From NCBI GenBank assembly GCA_045652135.1, contig JAZRTS010000168.1, forward strand, positions 1 to 50,646: 50,646 nt of DNA, written 5' to 3'. The notes under the pieces were generated by a model. It saw only the letters and a program-made list of their open reading frames with translations. It ran no database searches and was not told the DNA's origin. The DNA comes from Eubacteriales bacterium (GTDB lineage: Bacteria > Bacillota > Clostridia > Oscillospirales > CAG-272). The position numbers and the translations under genes are program-made. This document shows, in pieces, positions 9,188 to 19,372 of this stretch (its first letter is position 1; each line of letters starts with the position of its first letter).

Positions 9188-10236
9188 TGCGCACTGACAA
9201 TAAAAAATCAGTAACACCTCGCTTTTCCGGAGGAGAGAATGCCGCTGCGGCAAAAGCGAGATGTATGTATGCCGACCGTCTGACAAAAGACGATTACAAA
9301 GAACTGGTAATGTGTAATTCTGTCGGTGAGGCAGCGTCGTATCTCAACACCAAAAAACGCTATGCTGATATTCTGAAAAATGAACGCGCTATATCAGGTA
9401 TGCACAGAGAGCAGATAGAGTATATGCTCGAAAAGCGAAAGTACGGTGATTATGTAAAGCTGTCGGCGTATCTTATGGGAAGCGGTGATTATATCCGTCA
9501 TTTTCTCAGCGCACGCCGTGAGATATCGTTGCTTGTTCATGCCGTTTCTTCTGTGTGTTCGGGAAATTATGATGATTATTACTATATCTTGGCATCGGAT
9601 TTTGATAAGGAATCTCCCATAGATATTGCTATGCTTTCCGAAGCAAAAACATATGACGGTATTGTACGCGCTTGTGAAAGTACGGTTTATGCAAACGTAC
9701 TGAAAAAATATACTCCAAAGGATTCGCTTTACCCTGATATAGTTCATCTGGAGGCTGACTTATGGAATCTTTTATTTGGTGAGATATTCAGCCGTGTTGA
9801 AGAGCTACCGTCGAAAAGCGAACGTAATGAGGCATACGATATTTTTAAATCGTATATAGATGCAAAAAATATCGCCGCCGTATCTCGTTTCCGTAATTAT
9901 GCCGAATGTGATGCCGGCTACGTTTTAAGTTCTCTTATTAAATACGGAAATATAAGCGAAAAAGCATTGAGAGATATTTTTACACAAAGCGGAACCGGCA
10001 GTTCTCAAGGAGATAAAATACTTGGCGAGCTTATGGCTAAAGGATATGACTCGGAAACGCGTATATGCGAAAAAAAGTGCAGGAAATATTTACGATATTC
10101 TTCTCACCCTGCCATAACCGTACTTTCGTATCTTTACTTGCTTGAAACAGAGCTTGCAAATATAATAAAAATCGTTGAAGGTATAAGATATTCACTTGCC
10201 AAAGAAAAAATTACGGCAATGATATCGGAGGAATGA
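9184..10236 (+). CDS. ntpC: V/A-type ATP synthase subunit C
   Basis: AKARCMY..LT, YLYLLETELANIIKIVEGIRY; operon position. Confidence 0.85.
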   Translation: MMRTDNKKSVTPRFSGGENAAAAKARCMYADRLTKDDYKELVMCNSVGEAASYLNTKKRYADILKNERAISGMHREQIEYMLEKRKYGDYVKLSAYLMGSGDYIRHFLSARREISLLVHAVSSVCSGNYDDYYYILASDFDKESPIDIAMLSEAKTYDGIVRACESTVYANVLKKYTPKDSLYPDIVHLEADLWNLLFGEIFSRVEELPSKSERNEAYDIFKSYIDAKNIAAVSRFRNYAECDAGYVLSSLIKYGNISEKALRDIFTQSGTGSSQGDKILGELMAKGYDSETRICEKKCRKYLRYSSHPAITVLSYLYLLETELANIIKIVEGIRYSLAKEKITAMISEE

Positions 10237-10237
10237 A

Positions 10238-12139
10238 ATGTCTGTTTGTAAAATGTGCAGTGTAAGCATTGCAGGGCACCGTTCTTCACTTAACGAAACG
10301 CTTGACGTTCTTATAATGACGGGTGTTTTTCACCCGGATGAACTTAAAAAGTTCTATTCGGATATAAGTACGTTTACACCGTTAAGGGAAGAAAATCCTT
10401 ATTTGGCAATGGAAGCATCGCTGAACACGGTACTTAAAAATTCTCCGCCTGCGGTGGGTGATTATAATTTTTCGGATGAACAGATCACCGAATATATATC
10501 ACGCACTTCAAAAGTCGGCGAGGAGATAGAATCGGCGATATCAAAAACTAAAGCAGAGCTTGAGGAAAAAAAGAAATATCACCATATAATAAAGCATTTT
10601 AAGGGAATAAATGTTGATCTCGAAGATGTATTCGCGTGCGAGTATACGTACGTGTCGTTTGGTGTCTTCTCGAAGGAAGCTTATGAAAAGTTTAAAAGCA
10701 ATTATGCAAAAACGGATATAATTTTTTATCCTGCGCATGAAGGAAGCGAAATGTGCTACGGTGTGTATTTCGCGCCTATACAACAAAAAGAAGAAGCAAA
10801 GAGAATTTTCTCGAGTTTGTATTTTGAAAAATTGCCAATAAAAGGCGAAAAGGGAACTCCGCTTTATATTGCAGAGAATCTTGAAAAACAGATAGCGGAG
10901 CTTGAAGAAAGTTTAAAAACGCTTACGGAAAAACAAGTCTCTCACGCAAAAGAAGAACAAAAAATGTGTTCTGAAATGCTTGCATGTGTACTTAAAAGAA
11001 AGAAAGGTTTTGAGCTTCGCAAATATGCGGCAATTTATGACGACCGCTTTATTATTTGCGGCTGGTGTCCGGCAGAAGACGGAGAAACACTGAAAAACGA
11101 GGTTTTGAAGATATCCGGTAACGAGCTGACTTTGGAAGCTGTTGGTAAGGAAACAAAGCTTTCACCGCCTGTTAAATTAAAAAACAATCCAATCGTAAGA
11201 CCGTATGAGTATTATGTGGGAATGTACGGACTTCCGTCGTATAAAGAGAGTGATCCTACGGCGTTCGTTGCTATCACCTATACACTTCTTTTCGGAATTA
11301 TGTTCGGTGATCTCGGACAAGGTCTCGTTCTTTCGCTTGTCGGTTATCTTATGTGGAAGCTTAAAAAGATGCCGCTTGGCAAGATACTTATCCCGTGCGG
11401 TATATCATCTGCTGTATTCGGTCTCATATACGGTTCGGTGTTCGGTTTTGAGGAACTTCTCAATCCGATGTTTCACGCACTCGGATTTCATGAAAAACCC
11501 ATAGAGGTTATGAAGCCGGAAACGACGCAAATGATAATTTACGGCGCGGTGGGCGCAGGTGCTCTCCTCGTTCTTGTGTCGATAATTATGAATATCTTTT
11601 CATGTATTAAGCAGAAAAAAACGGCTCATTCAGTCTTTTCATCGAACGGCGTAGCCGGAATACTGTTTTACTTGAGTGTTTTCTCACTTCTGTTTTTGGA
11701 AAATGCGCAGACGTTTGCAATTCCGGTTATTACAGTAACGCTTATTCTGATGTTCTTCTGCGAGCCTTTGACAAGACTGTGCGAAAAAAAGAAGCCTCTT
11801 GAAGATGGACAAGGTGTGTCCGACTTCATAATGCAAACATTCTTTGAACTGTTTGAAACGGTACTCAGTTACGTAACCAATACGATGTCATTCTTGCGTG
11901 TCGGCGCATTCATACTTGTTCACGCAGGTATGATGAAGGTCGTTTTCACACTTGCGGAAATGTCATCGGGTGCGCCGTACGTGATAATTCTTATAGTCGG
12001 CAACGCGCTCGTGCTTTGCCTTGAAGCGCTTCTTGTCGGTATTCAGGTGTTAAGACTTGAATTTTACGAAATGTTTTCAAGATTTTACACAGGCGAGGGT
12101 GAAGCGTACGCACCTGTGTCTGAAAAAGAAACTGTTTAA
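10238..12139 (+). CDS. ntpI: V/A-type ATP synthase subunit I (a)
   Basis: YGLPSY.E.DPT, FGIMFGDLGQG, NTMSFLRVGAF, IQVLRLEFYEMFSRFY. Confidence 0.95.
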   Translation: MSVCKMCSVSIAGHRSSLNETLDVLIMTGVFHPDELKKFYSDISTFTPLREENPYLAMEASLNTVLKNSPPAVGDYNFSDEQITEYISRTSKVGEEIESAISKTKAELEEKKKYHHIIKHFKGINVDLEDVFACEYTYVSFGVFSKEAYEKFKSNYAKTDIIFYPAHEGSEMCYGVYFAPIQQKEEAKRIFSSLYFEKLPIKGEKGTPLYIAENLEKQIAELEESLKTLTEKQVSHAKEEQKMCSEMLACVLKRKKGFELRKYAAIYDDRFIICGWCPAEDGETLKNEVLKISGNELTLEAVGKETKLSPPVKLKNNPIVRPYEYYVGMYGLPSYKESDPTAFVAITYTLLFGIMFGDLGQGLVLSLVGYLMWKLKKMPLGKILIPCGISSAVFGLIYGSVFGFEELLNPMFHALGFHEKPIEVMKPETTQMIIYGAVGAGALLVLVSIIMNIFSCIKQKKTAHSVFSSNGVAGILFYLSVFSLLFLENAQTFAIPVITVTLILMFFCEPLTRLCEKKKPLEDGQGVSDFIMQTFFELFETVLSYVTNTMSFLRVGAFILVHAGMMKVVFTLAEMSSGAPYVIILIVGNALVLCLEALLVGIQVLRLEFYEMFSRFYTGEGEAYAPVSEKETV

Positions 12140-12163
12140 AATATAAAATGCCGTAAGGCGGAA

Positions 12164-12640
12164 ATGAGGAAAATTATGTTAACTTCAATTATTTTAATGA
12201 CAATACCTTTCGTGCTTATACTTGCAACGGTTTTATACTCAATAAACCGTGTTTCGAAAGGTTTGCCCGCAAAGTCTGCACTTACACGCCAGCTTTGCTC
12301 ATTCATCTGTATATTTGCAATATCTTCGATGCTTGTATTTGCTGTATCCGCTGCAGATGCAGAATCGGCTGATGTGCCCGTAAGTACAGAAGCATCTGAA
12401 GAAACGGAAGAAAAGGATTCCGATATATCCGATGGCCTCGGATATCTTGCCGCTGCACTTGTTACAGGTACTGCCGGCATCGGCGGCGGTCTTGCCGTTG
12501 CATCAGCAGCACCTGCCGCTATCGGTGCTACATCAGAAGATCCCAAGGCGTTCGGTAAAGCACTTATTTTCGTTGCTTTGGGCGAAGGTATCGCCCTTTA
12601 CGGACTTCTTGTTTCGATTCTTATACTCAACAAAATATAA
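12164..12640 (+). CDS. ntpK: V/A-type ATP synthase subunit K (c, proteolipid)
   Basis: AAIGATSEDPKAFGKALIFVALGEGIALYG with the conserved Glu. Confidence 0.93.
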   Translation: MRKIMLTSIILMTIPFVLILATVLYSINRVSKGLPAKSALTRQLCSFICIFAISSMLVFAVSAADAESADVPVSTEASEETEEKDSDISDGLGYLAAALVTGTAGIGGGLAVASAAPAAIGATSEDPKAFGKALIFVALGEGIALYGLLVSILILNKI

Positions 12641-12641
12641 A

Positions 12642-12950
12642 ATGAGATTTTACGTAATAAGCGATAATATCGATACTGTTACGGGGATGCGTCTTGCAGG
12701 CATTGAGGGTGTTATTGTACACGATGCCGAGGGCGTAACAAAAGAGATAGAAAAGGCATCTGCTGATGAAAGTATAGGTGTGCTTCTCATAACAGAGCTG
12801 CTTGTTTCGATGTGCCCTGAGCTTATATACGATATAAAGCTTAACCGCCGCCGTCCCCTTATTGTCGAAATACCTGACAGACACAGCGCGGGACGGTCAA
12901 AGGATTCGATAAAAAAATATGTCCGTGATGCAATAGGAGTAAAGGTTTGA
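12642..12950 (+). CDS. ntpG: V/A-type ATP synthase subunit F
   Basis: Real start ATG 12642: MRFYVISDNIDTVTGMRLAGIEG...IVEIPD...VRDAIGVKV (Enterococcus nomenclature ntpG). Confidence 0.92.
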   Translation: MRFYVISDNIDTVTGMRLAGIEGVIVHDAEGVTKEIEKASADESIGVLLITELLVSMCPELIYDIKLNRRRPLIVEIPDRHSAGRSKDSIKKYVRDAIGVKV

Positions 12951-13552
12951 TGACCGATTTGGATAAAAAAATAAATGAACTGATTGCGGATATACGGAAT
13001 CAGTCCGAAAATGAAAATAAAAACACGGAAAAAGAAATGGCTTTATACAAAGCGATTTCTATAAAAGAAGCCGAGTCTGTTTATAAAGCAGAAGCAAAGA
13101 AAAAAGTAAAAAGAAGCGTTGAGGCAGGAAGTGCCGCTATTTCCTCAGAGCTTGCCGCAAAGCATATGCAAGCGAGAGAGGAACTTGTAAGACTCAGAAG
13201 TCAAATGACGGATGAGATAATAGAATGTGCGGCAAAAAAGCTTATTGATTTTACACAAAGTGATGGATATCCTTCATCACTTTGCAGATCTGCTGAAAAA
13301 ATGTCAGAAGTTTTACACAGTAACCGTATAGTTCTATACGTAAAACCGGACGATATCGTATATAGTGATATAATAAAGAAAGCTTTTGGAAAATATTGCA
13401 CGATTGAATCTGACAGCAGTATCATCATAGGCGGCATCAGAGGGTATGACAAGATACTTTTCAAACTGGCTGACGAAACACTTGATGAAAAGCTTGCTGT
13501 ACAAAGAGAGCGTTTTATACATAACTCCTCTCTTACCATCTCCATACGTTAA
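12947..13552 (+). CDS. ntpE: V/A-type ATP synthase subunit E
   Basis: N-terminal coiled coil, C-terminal IIIGGIRG..ADETLD; operon position. Confidence 0.85.
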   Translation: MMTDLDKKINELIADIRNQSENENKNTEKEMALYKAISIKEAESVYKAEAKKKVKRSVEAGSAAISSELAAKHMQAREELVRLRSQMTDEIIECAAKKLIDFTQSDGYPSSLCRSAEKMSEVLHSNRIVLYVKPDDIVYSDIIKKAFGKYCTIESDSSIIIGGIRGYDKILFKLADETLDEKLAVQRERFIHNSSLTISIR

Positions 13553-13579
13553 TACGGTTTTCGGGAAAGGCATTTAAAA

Positions 13580-15337
13580 ATGAGTAAAATGAATTACGCT
13601 GTTTACGGTATAAACGGTCCTGTCGTAACCGTTAAAGGTGTAACACCATTTGCTATGGAAGAAATGGTGTATGTGGGTCATGACCGACTCATAGGCGAGG
13701 TCATATCAGTAAACAAAGAATATGTAACTATACAGGTTTATGAAGATACAGTCGGATTGAAAACAGGTGAACCTGTTGTCGGAAGCGGTGCTTCGATGTC
13801 GCTTGAGCTTGCCCCCGGTCTTATGTCAAATATCTTCGACGGTATAGGCAGACCTCTCAGTGATATGTATGAATCTCAGGGTGCATTTATAAATGTCGGA
13901 TATGAAGACAATGCGAATGCAAAGCTGTGGGATGTATCGGTGAAAATAAAAGAGGGCGATGAAGTAAAAGAGGGCGAAATTTTCGCAACTCTGCCCGAAA
14001 CTCCTGTTATTGAATACCGCTGTACTGTGCCGTACGGTGTAAACGGCAAGGTTGTAAAGGTACAGTCCTCAGGTAAATATTCAAAAAATGATGTTATTGC
14101 ATACGTTATGTGCGGAGGCGCCGAAATACCGCTTAAAATCAGCCAAAGATGGCCGATAAGAACGCCGAGGCCTGTAAAGGAAAAGATACCGCCGTCAATT
14201 CCGCTTATAACCGGACAACGTGTTATAGACACACTTTTCCCCGTTGCAAAGGGCGGAACTGCCGCAATACCCGGAGGGTTCGGTTCGGGTAAAACAATGA
14301 CACAGCATCAGCTTGCAAAGTGGTGTGATGCCGATATAATCGTTTATGTCGGATGCGGAGAGCGTGGAAATGAAATGTGTCAGGTGCTTGATGAGTTTTC
14401 ACATCTGACAGACCCCAAAACAAACAGGCCTATGACTGACAGAACGGTGCTTATAGCAAACACGTCAAATATGCCTGTTGCCGCACGCGAGGCATCAATT
14501 TATACAGGTGTTACGATTGCGGAATTTTACCGTGATATGGGTTATCACGTTGCCATGATGGCTGACTCCACATCACGTTGGGCGGAGGCGCTGCGTGAAA
14601 TAAGCGGACGACTTGAGGAAATGCCTGCTGAGGAAGGTTTCCCGGCATATCTTCCTTCAAGACTTTCCGATTTTTACGAAAGAGCATCTTATGTAAAAAC
14701 ACTTGGTGGAGATACGGGTTCTGTCACGCTGATAGGTGCAGTATCCCCACAGGGGGCTGACTTTTCAGAACCTGTAACACAGAATACAAAGCGTTTTACA
14801 AGATGTTTCTGGGCGCTTGATAAATCGCTTGCGTATCAGCGTCACTATCCTGCTATAAACTGGATGTTAAGCTACAGCGAATATTTCTCCGACCTTGATT
14901 CTTGGTACGATGAAAAGGCAGGACATGAATTTATTTCGCTGAGAAAAGAAATTACATCCTTACTTAACGAGGAAGACGGACTTATTGAAATTGTAAGACT
15001 TATAGGCTCCGATGTGCTTCCTGATGAACAGAAGCTTATTATAGAGGTTGCACACGTGATACGTGTCGGATTTTTACAGCAGAATGCATTTCACAAAGAA
15101 GACACATACGTTCCGCTTGAAAAGCAAAAGCTGATGATGCACACCATTATCTACCTTTATCACAAGGCATCGGCTCTGATCTCACAGGCGATACCGATAT
15201 CGGACATAATCGCAACGGGACTTTTTGAAAAGCTCGCGACGATGAAATACGATGTGGAAAACGATCAGCTTTATAAATTTGACGAATATATAAAAGAGAT
15301 TGATACAAAGCTTTCGGGCTTCGGCAGAGAGCTTTAA
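13580..15337 (+). CDS. ntpA: V/A-type ATP synthase subunit A
   Basis: P-loop GGFGSGKT, GCGERGNE, PVAAREAS, EMPAEEGFPAYL. Confidence 0.98.
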   Translation: MSKMNYAVYGINGPVVTVKGVTPFAMEEMVYVGHDRLIGEVISVNKEYVTIQVYEDTVGLKTGEPVVGSGASMSLELAPGLMSNIFDGIGRPLSDMYESQGAFINVGYEDNANAKLWDVSVKIKEGDEVKEGEIFATLPETPVIEYRCTVPYGVNGKVVKVQSSGKYSKNDVIAYVMCGGAEIPLKISQRWPIRTPRPVKEKIPPSIPLITGQRVIDTLFPVAKGGTAAIPGGFGSGKTMTQHQLAKWCDADIIVYVGCGERGNEMCQVLDEFSHLTDPKTNRPMTDRTVLIANTSNMPVAAREASIYTGVTIAEFYRDMGYHVAMMADSTSRWAEALREISGRLEEMPAEEGFPAYLPSRLSDFYERASYVKTLGGDTGSVTLIGAVSPQGADFSEPVTQNTKRFTRCFWALDKSLAYQRHYPAINWMLSYSEYFSDLDSWYDEKAGHEFISLRKEITSLLNEEDGLIEIVRLIGSDVLPDEQKLIIEVAHVIRVGFLQQNAFHKEDTYVPLEKQKLMMHTIIYLYHKASALISQAIPISDIIATGLFEKLATMKYDVENDQLYKFDEYIKEIDTKLSGFGREL

Positions 15338-15346
15338 TGGTGAGAT

Positions 15347-16726
15347 ATGTTAATTGAGTATTTGGGCGCAAAAGAGATAAACGGTTCTCTTATCGTTCTT
15401 GATAATATAGAAGATGTTGCGTATGAAGAAATGTGCGACATCGTTCTGGCAGACGGAACGGCAAGGCAGGGCAGAGTTATTCAGATAGACGGTAAACGCG
15501 TTGTCGTTGAAGTTTTTGAAGGCACACGCTCGCTGTCGCTTCACAATATGAAAACGAGGATGAAGGGACATCCCATGCAGCTTCCGCTGTCAATGGAGAT
15601 ACTTGGCAGAACGTTCAGCGGTGCAGGTGTTCCTATAGACGGACTCGGCGAAATATTTGCTGATAAAATCTGCGACATAAACGGACTTCCGATAAACCCG
15701 ATAGCGCGTGAATATCCGCGTGATTATATCGCCACGGGTATTTCATCCATTGATGTTATGTCAACGCTTATAAGAGGACAGAAGCTTCCTATTTTTACGG
15801 GAGCCGGTATGAAACACAATGAGCTTGCCGCGCAGATAGTGCGTCAGGCGCATTTGCAGGGTGTCGAGGATGATTCGTTTGCCGTCGTGTTCGCTTCAAT
15901 GGGTATAAGCGCAGACGTTGCTGAGTATTTCAAAAGTACGTTTGCAAAAGCGGGAGTTCTTTCGAGGGTTGTAATGTTCTTGAATCTTTCGTCCGATCCC
16001 GTTATTGAAAGAATACTTACACCTCGATGCGCATTGACAGCCGCAGAATATCTTGCATATGAGCTTGGAATGCATATCCTCGTTATCATGACGGATATGA
16101 CCTCGTATGCTGAGGCTGTGCGTGAGTTCAGCTCGTCGAAAGGAGAAATTCCCGGCAGAAAGGGATATCCCGGATATCTTTATTCCGACCTTGCTTCGAT
16201 ATATGAAAGAGCGGGTATCGTAAAGGGTAAAAAAGGCTCTGTAACACAGCTTCCGATACTTACGATGCCGAATGACGATATAACGCATCCCGTGCCTGAC
16301 CTTACGGGGTATATCACAGAAGGTCAGATCGTTCTTGACAGAGCACTTTCGGCAAAGGGTGTTTATCCTCCCGTTGCGGTGCTCCCGTCACTTTCCCGTC
16401 TTATGAAAGACTGTATAGGTGACGGATATACGAGAGAAGACCATTCGGAGCTTGCAAATCAGCTTTTCTCAATGTATGCAAAGGTTGTCGATGCACGTGC
16501 GCTTTCGTCGGTTATAGGTGAAGAAGAACTTTCAGATAAAGACAAAAATTATCTTAAATTCGGTAAACGCTTTGAAGATGAATTTATTTCTCAGGGAGTT
16601 GACGAAAATCGTTCAATAGAAGATTCACTTGACCTCGGTTGGGAGCTTTTGTCAGTATTTGACGAAGGTGAGCTTGACAGAATAAAGAAAGAAACACTTA
16701 AAAAATATCACAGAAAAAGTAACTGA
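15347..16726 (+). CDS. ntpB: V/A-type ATP synthase subunit B
   Basis: [44 protein letters not shown]. Confidence 0.98.
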   Translation: MLIEYLGAKEINGSLIVLDNIEDVAYEEMCDIVLADGTARQGRVIQIDGKRVVVEVFEGTRSLSLHNMKTRMKGHPMQLPLSMEILGRTFSGAGVPIDGLGEIFADKICDINGLPINPIAREYPRDYIATGISSIDVMSTLIRGQKLPIFTGAGMKHNELAAQIVRQAHLQGVEDDSFAVVFASMGISADVAEYFKSTFAKAGVLSRVVMFLNLSSDPVIERILTPRCALTAAEYLAYELGMHILVIMTDMTSYAEAVREFSSSKGEIPGRKGYPGYLYSDLASIYERAGIVKGKKGSVTQLPILTMPNDDITHPVPDLTGYITEGQIVLDRALSAKGVYPPVAVLPSLSRLMKDCIGDGYTREDHSELANQLFSMYAKVVDARALSSVIGEEELSDKDKNYLKFGKRFEDEFISQGVDENRSIEDSLDLGWELLSVFDEGELDRIKKETLKKYHRKSN

Positions 16727-16740
16727 AAGGAGATGGCGGA

Positions 16741-17346
16741 ATGGCAGTCGCACCGACAAAAGGGAATCTTATAAATTTAAAAAAATCCTTGGCGCTTGCC
16801 GAAAACGGTTATGAATTGCTTGACCGCAAAAGGAACATCCTTGTCAGGGAAATGATGCGTCTTATTGACGATGCAGAGCAGATACAAAATGCTATCGACG
16901 AAAGCTATGCGCTCGCATATCAGGCGCTTCAGGCGGCGAATGTTTCTCTCGGTATTACAGCTGTGAGAAATGCCGCATCGATTGAGGAGGAAAATTCAAT
17001 ATCGCTTACTTACAGAAGTGTAATGGGTGTTGAAATACCACGTGTTGACGTCAAGTGTGATGATGTTATGGTACCGAGATACGGTATGCACAATACAACT
17101 CCGTCACTTGACGAAGCATTTATTAACTTCAACAAGGTAAAAGTGCTCACGGCGCGTCTTGCGGAGATAGAAAACAGTGTTTACAGATTGGCAAATGCCG
17201 TCAAAAAGACAAGAAAAAGAGCAAATTCGCTTAAAAACGTGGTAATACCAAATTTTAAATCGCAGATAAAGATGATAACCGAGGTTCTTGAGGAAAAAGA
17301 AAGGGAAGAATTCTCAAGACTAAAGGTTATTAAATCAAGAAAATAA
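16741..17346 (+). CDS. ntpD: V/A-type ATP synthase subunit D
   Basis: PTKGNL, GYELLDRKR, KTRKRANSL..VVIP, EREEFSRLK. Confidence 0.96.
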   Translation: MAVAPTKGNLINLKKSLALAENGYELLDRKRNILVREMMRLIDDAEQIQNAIDESYALAYQALQAANVSLGITAVRNAASIEEENSISLTYRSVMGVEIPRVDVKCDDVMVPRYGMHNTTPSLDEAFINFNKVKVLTARLAEIENSVYRLANAVKKTRKRANSLKNVVIPNFKSQIKMITEVLEEKEREEFSRLKVIKSRK

Positions 17347-17364
17347 TTTTTTTTAAAAAAGGTA

Positions 17365-17393
17365 TTGAAAAATATTTCAATTTAAGATATAAT
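17365..17393 (+). promoter_or_regulatory. Sigma-A promoter of galU operon
   Basis: TTGAAA-N17-TATAAT. Confidence 0.8.
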
Positions 17394-17479
17394 AAACAAG
17401 ATTGATAAAAACTTAACAGAGTGAAAAATACAATGTTTATGTTACATTTTGATAATGTACGAAAGGCAGGTATCATTAT

Positions 17480-18355
17480 ATGAAAAAGATTACAAAGGCA
17501 GTAATACCGGCGGCAGGTCTCGGAACAAGAATGCTTCCCATTGCAAGAACAGTTCCCAAGGAAATGCTTCCTATCGTTGACCGTCCTTCAATGGAGTATC
17601 TCATAAGAGAAGCCGTTGAATCAGGTATCACAGATATTCTTATAATCAATGGCAGAAACAAGGGTGTAATTGAAGATTACTTCGATTACTCTGTAGAATA
17701 TGACAACAATCTCCGTATGAAGAAAAAGGAAAAGGAGCTTGCTGATATTGAAGAGGTATGCTCACTTGCGAATATTTATTTTATACGTCAGAAGGTTACA
17801 AGAGGACTTGGTCATGCAATTTCGTGCGCTAAATCATTTGTAGGTGACGAACCGTTTGCGGTTCTTTACGGCGATGATATAATGAAGTACGAAACGCCCG
17901 TTACAAAACAGCTCATCGATGCTTATGAAAAGTACGGCAAGGCGACCGCAGGCGTATGCGAAGTGAGTGACGAAGATGTTAAGAGATACTGTTCACTTAA
18001 GACAGATCACCTTGAAAAGAACATCTACGCTGTGTCAGATATGGTTGAAAAGCCCCAGACAGAGGAGGAAAAGTTCTCTAACTTTGCGATCCTCGGCAGA
18101 GTGGTTTTAACTCCGGATATATTTGATATCCTTGCTAACACAGCTCCCGGTGCAGGCGGTGAAATACAGCTTACAGATGCTATGAAGGAGCTTGCACGTA
18201 CAGTAGGTATGACAGCCGTTGAGTACGAGGGCAAGAGATTCGATATGGGCGACAAGCTCGGATTTCTGCAGGCAAATATCGAATTTGCGCTGAACCATCC
18301 CACGCTTGGTGAAAAATTCAAAGAATATCTCAAGGATTTTTCAAATAAGCTTTAA
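17480..18355 (+). CDS. galU: UTP--glucose-1-phosphate uridylyltransferase
   Basis: KAVIPAAGLGTRMLP, PKEMLPIVDRP, GLGHA, VEKP, GEIQLTDA. Confidence 0.95.
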   Translation: MKKITKAVIPAAGLGTRMLPIARTVPKEMLPIVDRPSMEYLIREAVESGITDILIINGRNKGVIEDYFDYSVEYDNNLRMKKKEKELADIEEVCSLANIYFIRQKVTRGLGHAISCAKSFVGDEPFAVLYGDDIMKYETPVTKQLIDAYEKYGKATAGVCEVSDEDVKRYCSLKTDHLEKNIYAVSDMVEKPQTEEEKFSNFAILGRVVLTPDIFDILANTAPGAGGEIQLTDAMKELARTVGMTAVEYEGKRFDMGDKLGFLQANIEFALNHPTLGEKFKEYLKDFSNKL

Positions 18356-18386
18356 TTTTTGAAAAAATTGAAAGGGTGGCGGAATT

Positions 18387-18893
18387 ATGGCAGATGCTGT
18401 AAATAACGAACGTGTTAACAAAGCGAATTACTATCTTGACATTGCGCAGACCGTGCTTGAAAGAAGTACTTGTCTGCGACGTAAATACGGTGCAATAATC
18501 GTAAAGAACGATACGATCGTTTCAACGGGATATAACGGTGCACCGAGAGGACGTGTAAACTGCTCCGATCTTGGCTACTGCCTTCGTGATAAGCTGTGCA
18601 TACCGAGAGGTGAAAGATACGAAATGTGCCGTTCCATACATGCAGAAGCAAATGCTATAATTGCCGCACCTCGTTCCGAAATGCTTGATTCGGTTCTATA
18701 TCTTGCAGGAATCGATGCGAAAACGGGAGAAATAATTGAAAATTCGTGTAGCTGCCAGATGTGTAAGCGCATGGTAATAAATGCAGGTATTGCAAAAGTA
18801 ATTGTGAGAAATACAAAAACTGAATATACCGTATACGATGTCAGCGATTGGATAATGAACGATGACAGCTTAAGCGGTAAGTTCGGTTATTAA
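18387..18893 (+). CDS. dCMP deaminase family protein
   Basis: RSTCLRR, TGYNG, HAEANA, CQMC zinc motif. Confidence 0.9.
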   Translation: MADAVNNERVNKANYYLDIAQTVLERSTCLRRKYGAIIVKNDTIVSTGYNGAPRGRVNCSDLGYCLRDKLCIPRGERYEMCRSIHAEANAIIAAPRSEMLDSVLYLAGIDAKTGEIIENSCSCQMCKRMVINAGIAKVIVRNTKTEYTVYDVSDWIMNDDSLSGKFGY

Positions 18894-18908
18894 GAAAGGC
18901 TTTATAAA

Positions 18909-19370
18909 ATGGACAAACCTCCGAGTATAAATGAAATTGAGATCGTTCCCTTGGAAGTAGCTCATATAAGAGATATTGCACAGCTTGAGGAGCTGTGTTT
19001 TCCCGATCCTTGGACAGAAGATATGTTTATTCAGCTTCTTTCAAATCCGCTTGCTGTTTTTATAACAGCACAAAAAGACGGCGAGGTGGTAGGCTACGCG
19101 GGGATATATCACATATTGAGCGAAGGTCAGCTTATGAATATCGCTGTCAAGGAAGAATACAGACGTCTTGGCATTGCCGAGAAGATGTTTGATTTTATAC
19201 TTGAATACGCAAAGGAAAACGATATCGAGGTCATAACACTTGAAGTAAGAAAAGAAAACGACCCCGCAATCTCATTTTATGAGAAGTTAGGGTTTGAAAA
19301 GGTGGGAGAAAGACCGGGATATTATTCGCACCCCACAGATGATGCGGTGCTTATGAACTATTCCGTTTGA
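18909..19370 (+). CDS. rimI: Ribosomal-protein-alanine N-acetyltransferase
   Basis: F.DPW, NIAV..YRRLGIA, TLEVR..N..AI.FYEKLGF, R.GYY. Confidence 0.9.
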   Translation: MDKPPSINEIEIVPLEVAHIRDIAQLEELCFPDPWTEDMFIQLLSNPLAVFITAQKDGEVVGYAGIYHILSEGQLMNIAVKEEYRRLGIAEKMFDFILEYAKENDIEVITLEVRKENDPAISFYEKLGFEKVGERPGYYSHPTDDAVLMNYSV

Positions 19371-19372
19371 TT

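Noticed and set aside
12432-12641. Long N-terminal extension on ATPase subunit F
   Set aside because: Overlaps ntpK in another frame; homology begins at ATG 12642.
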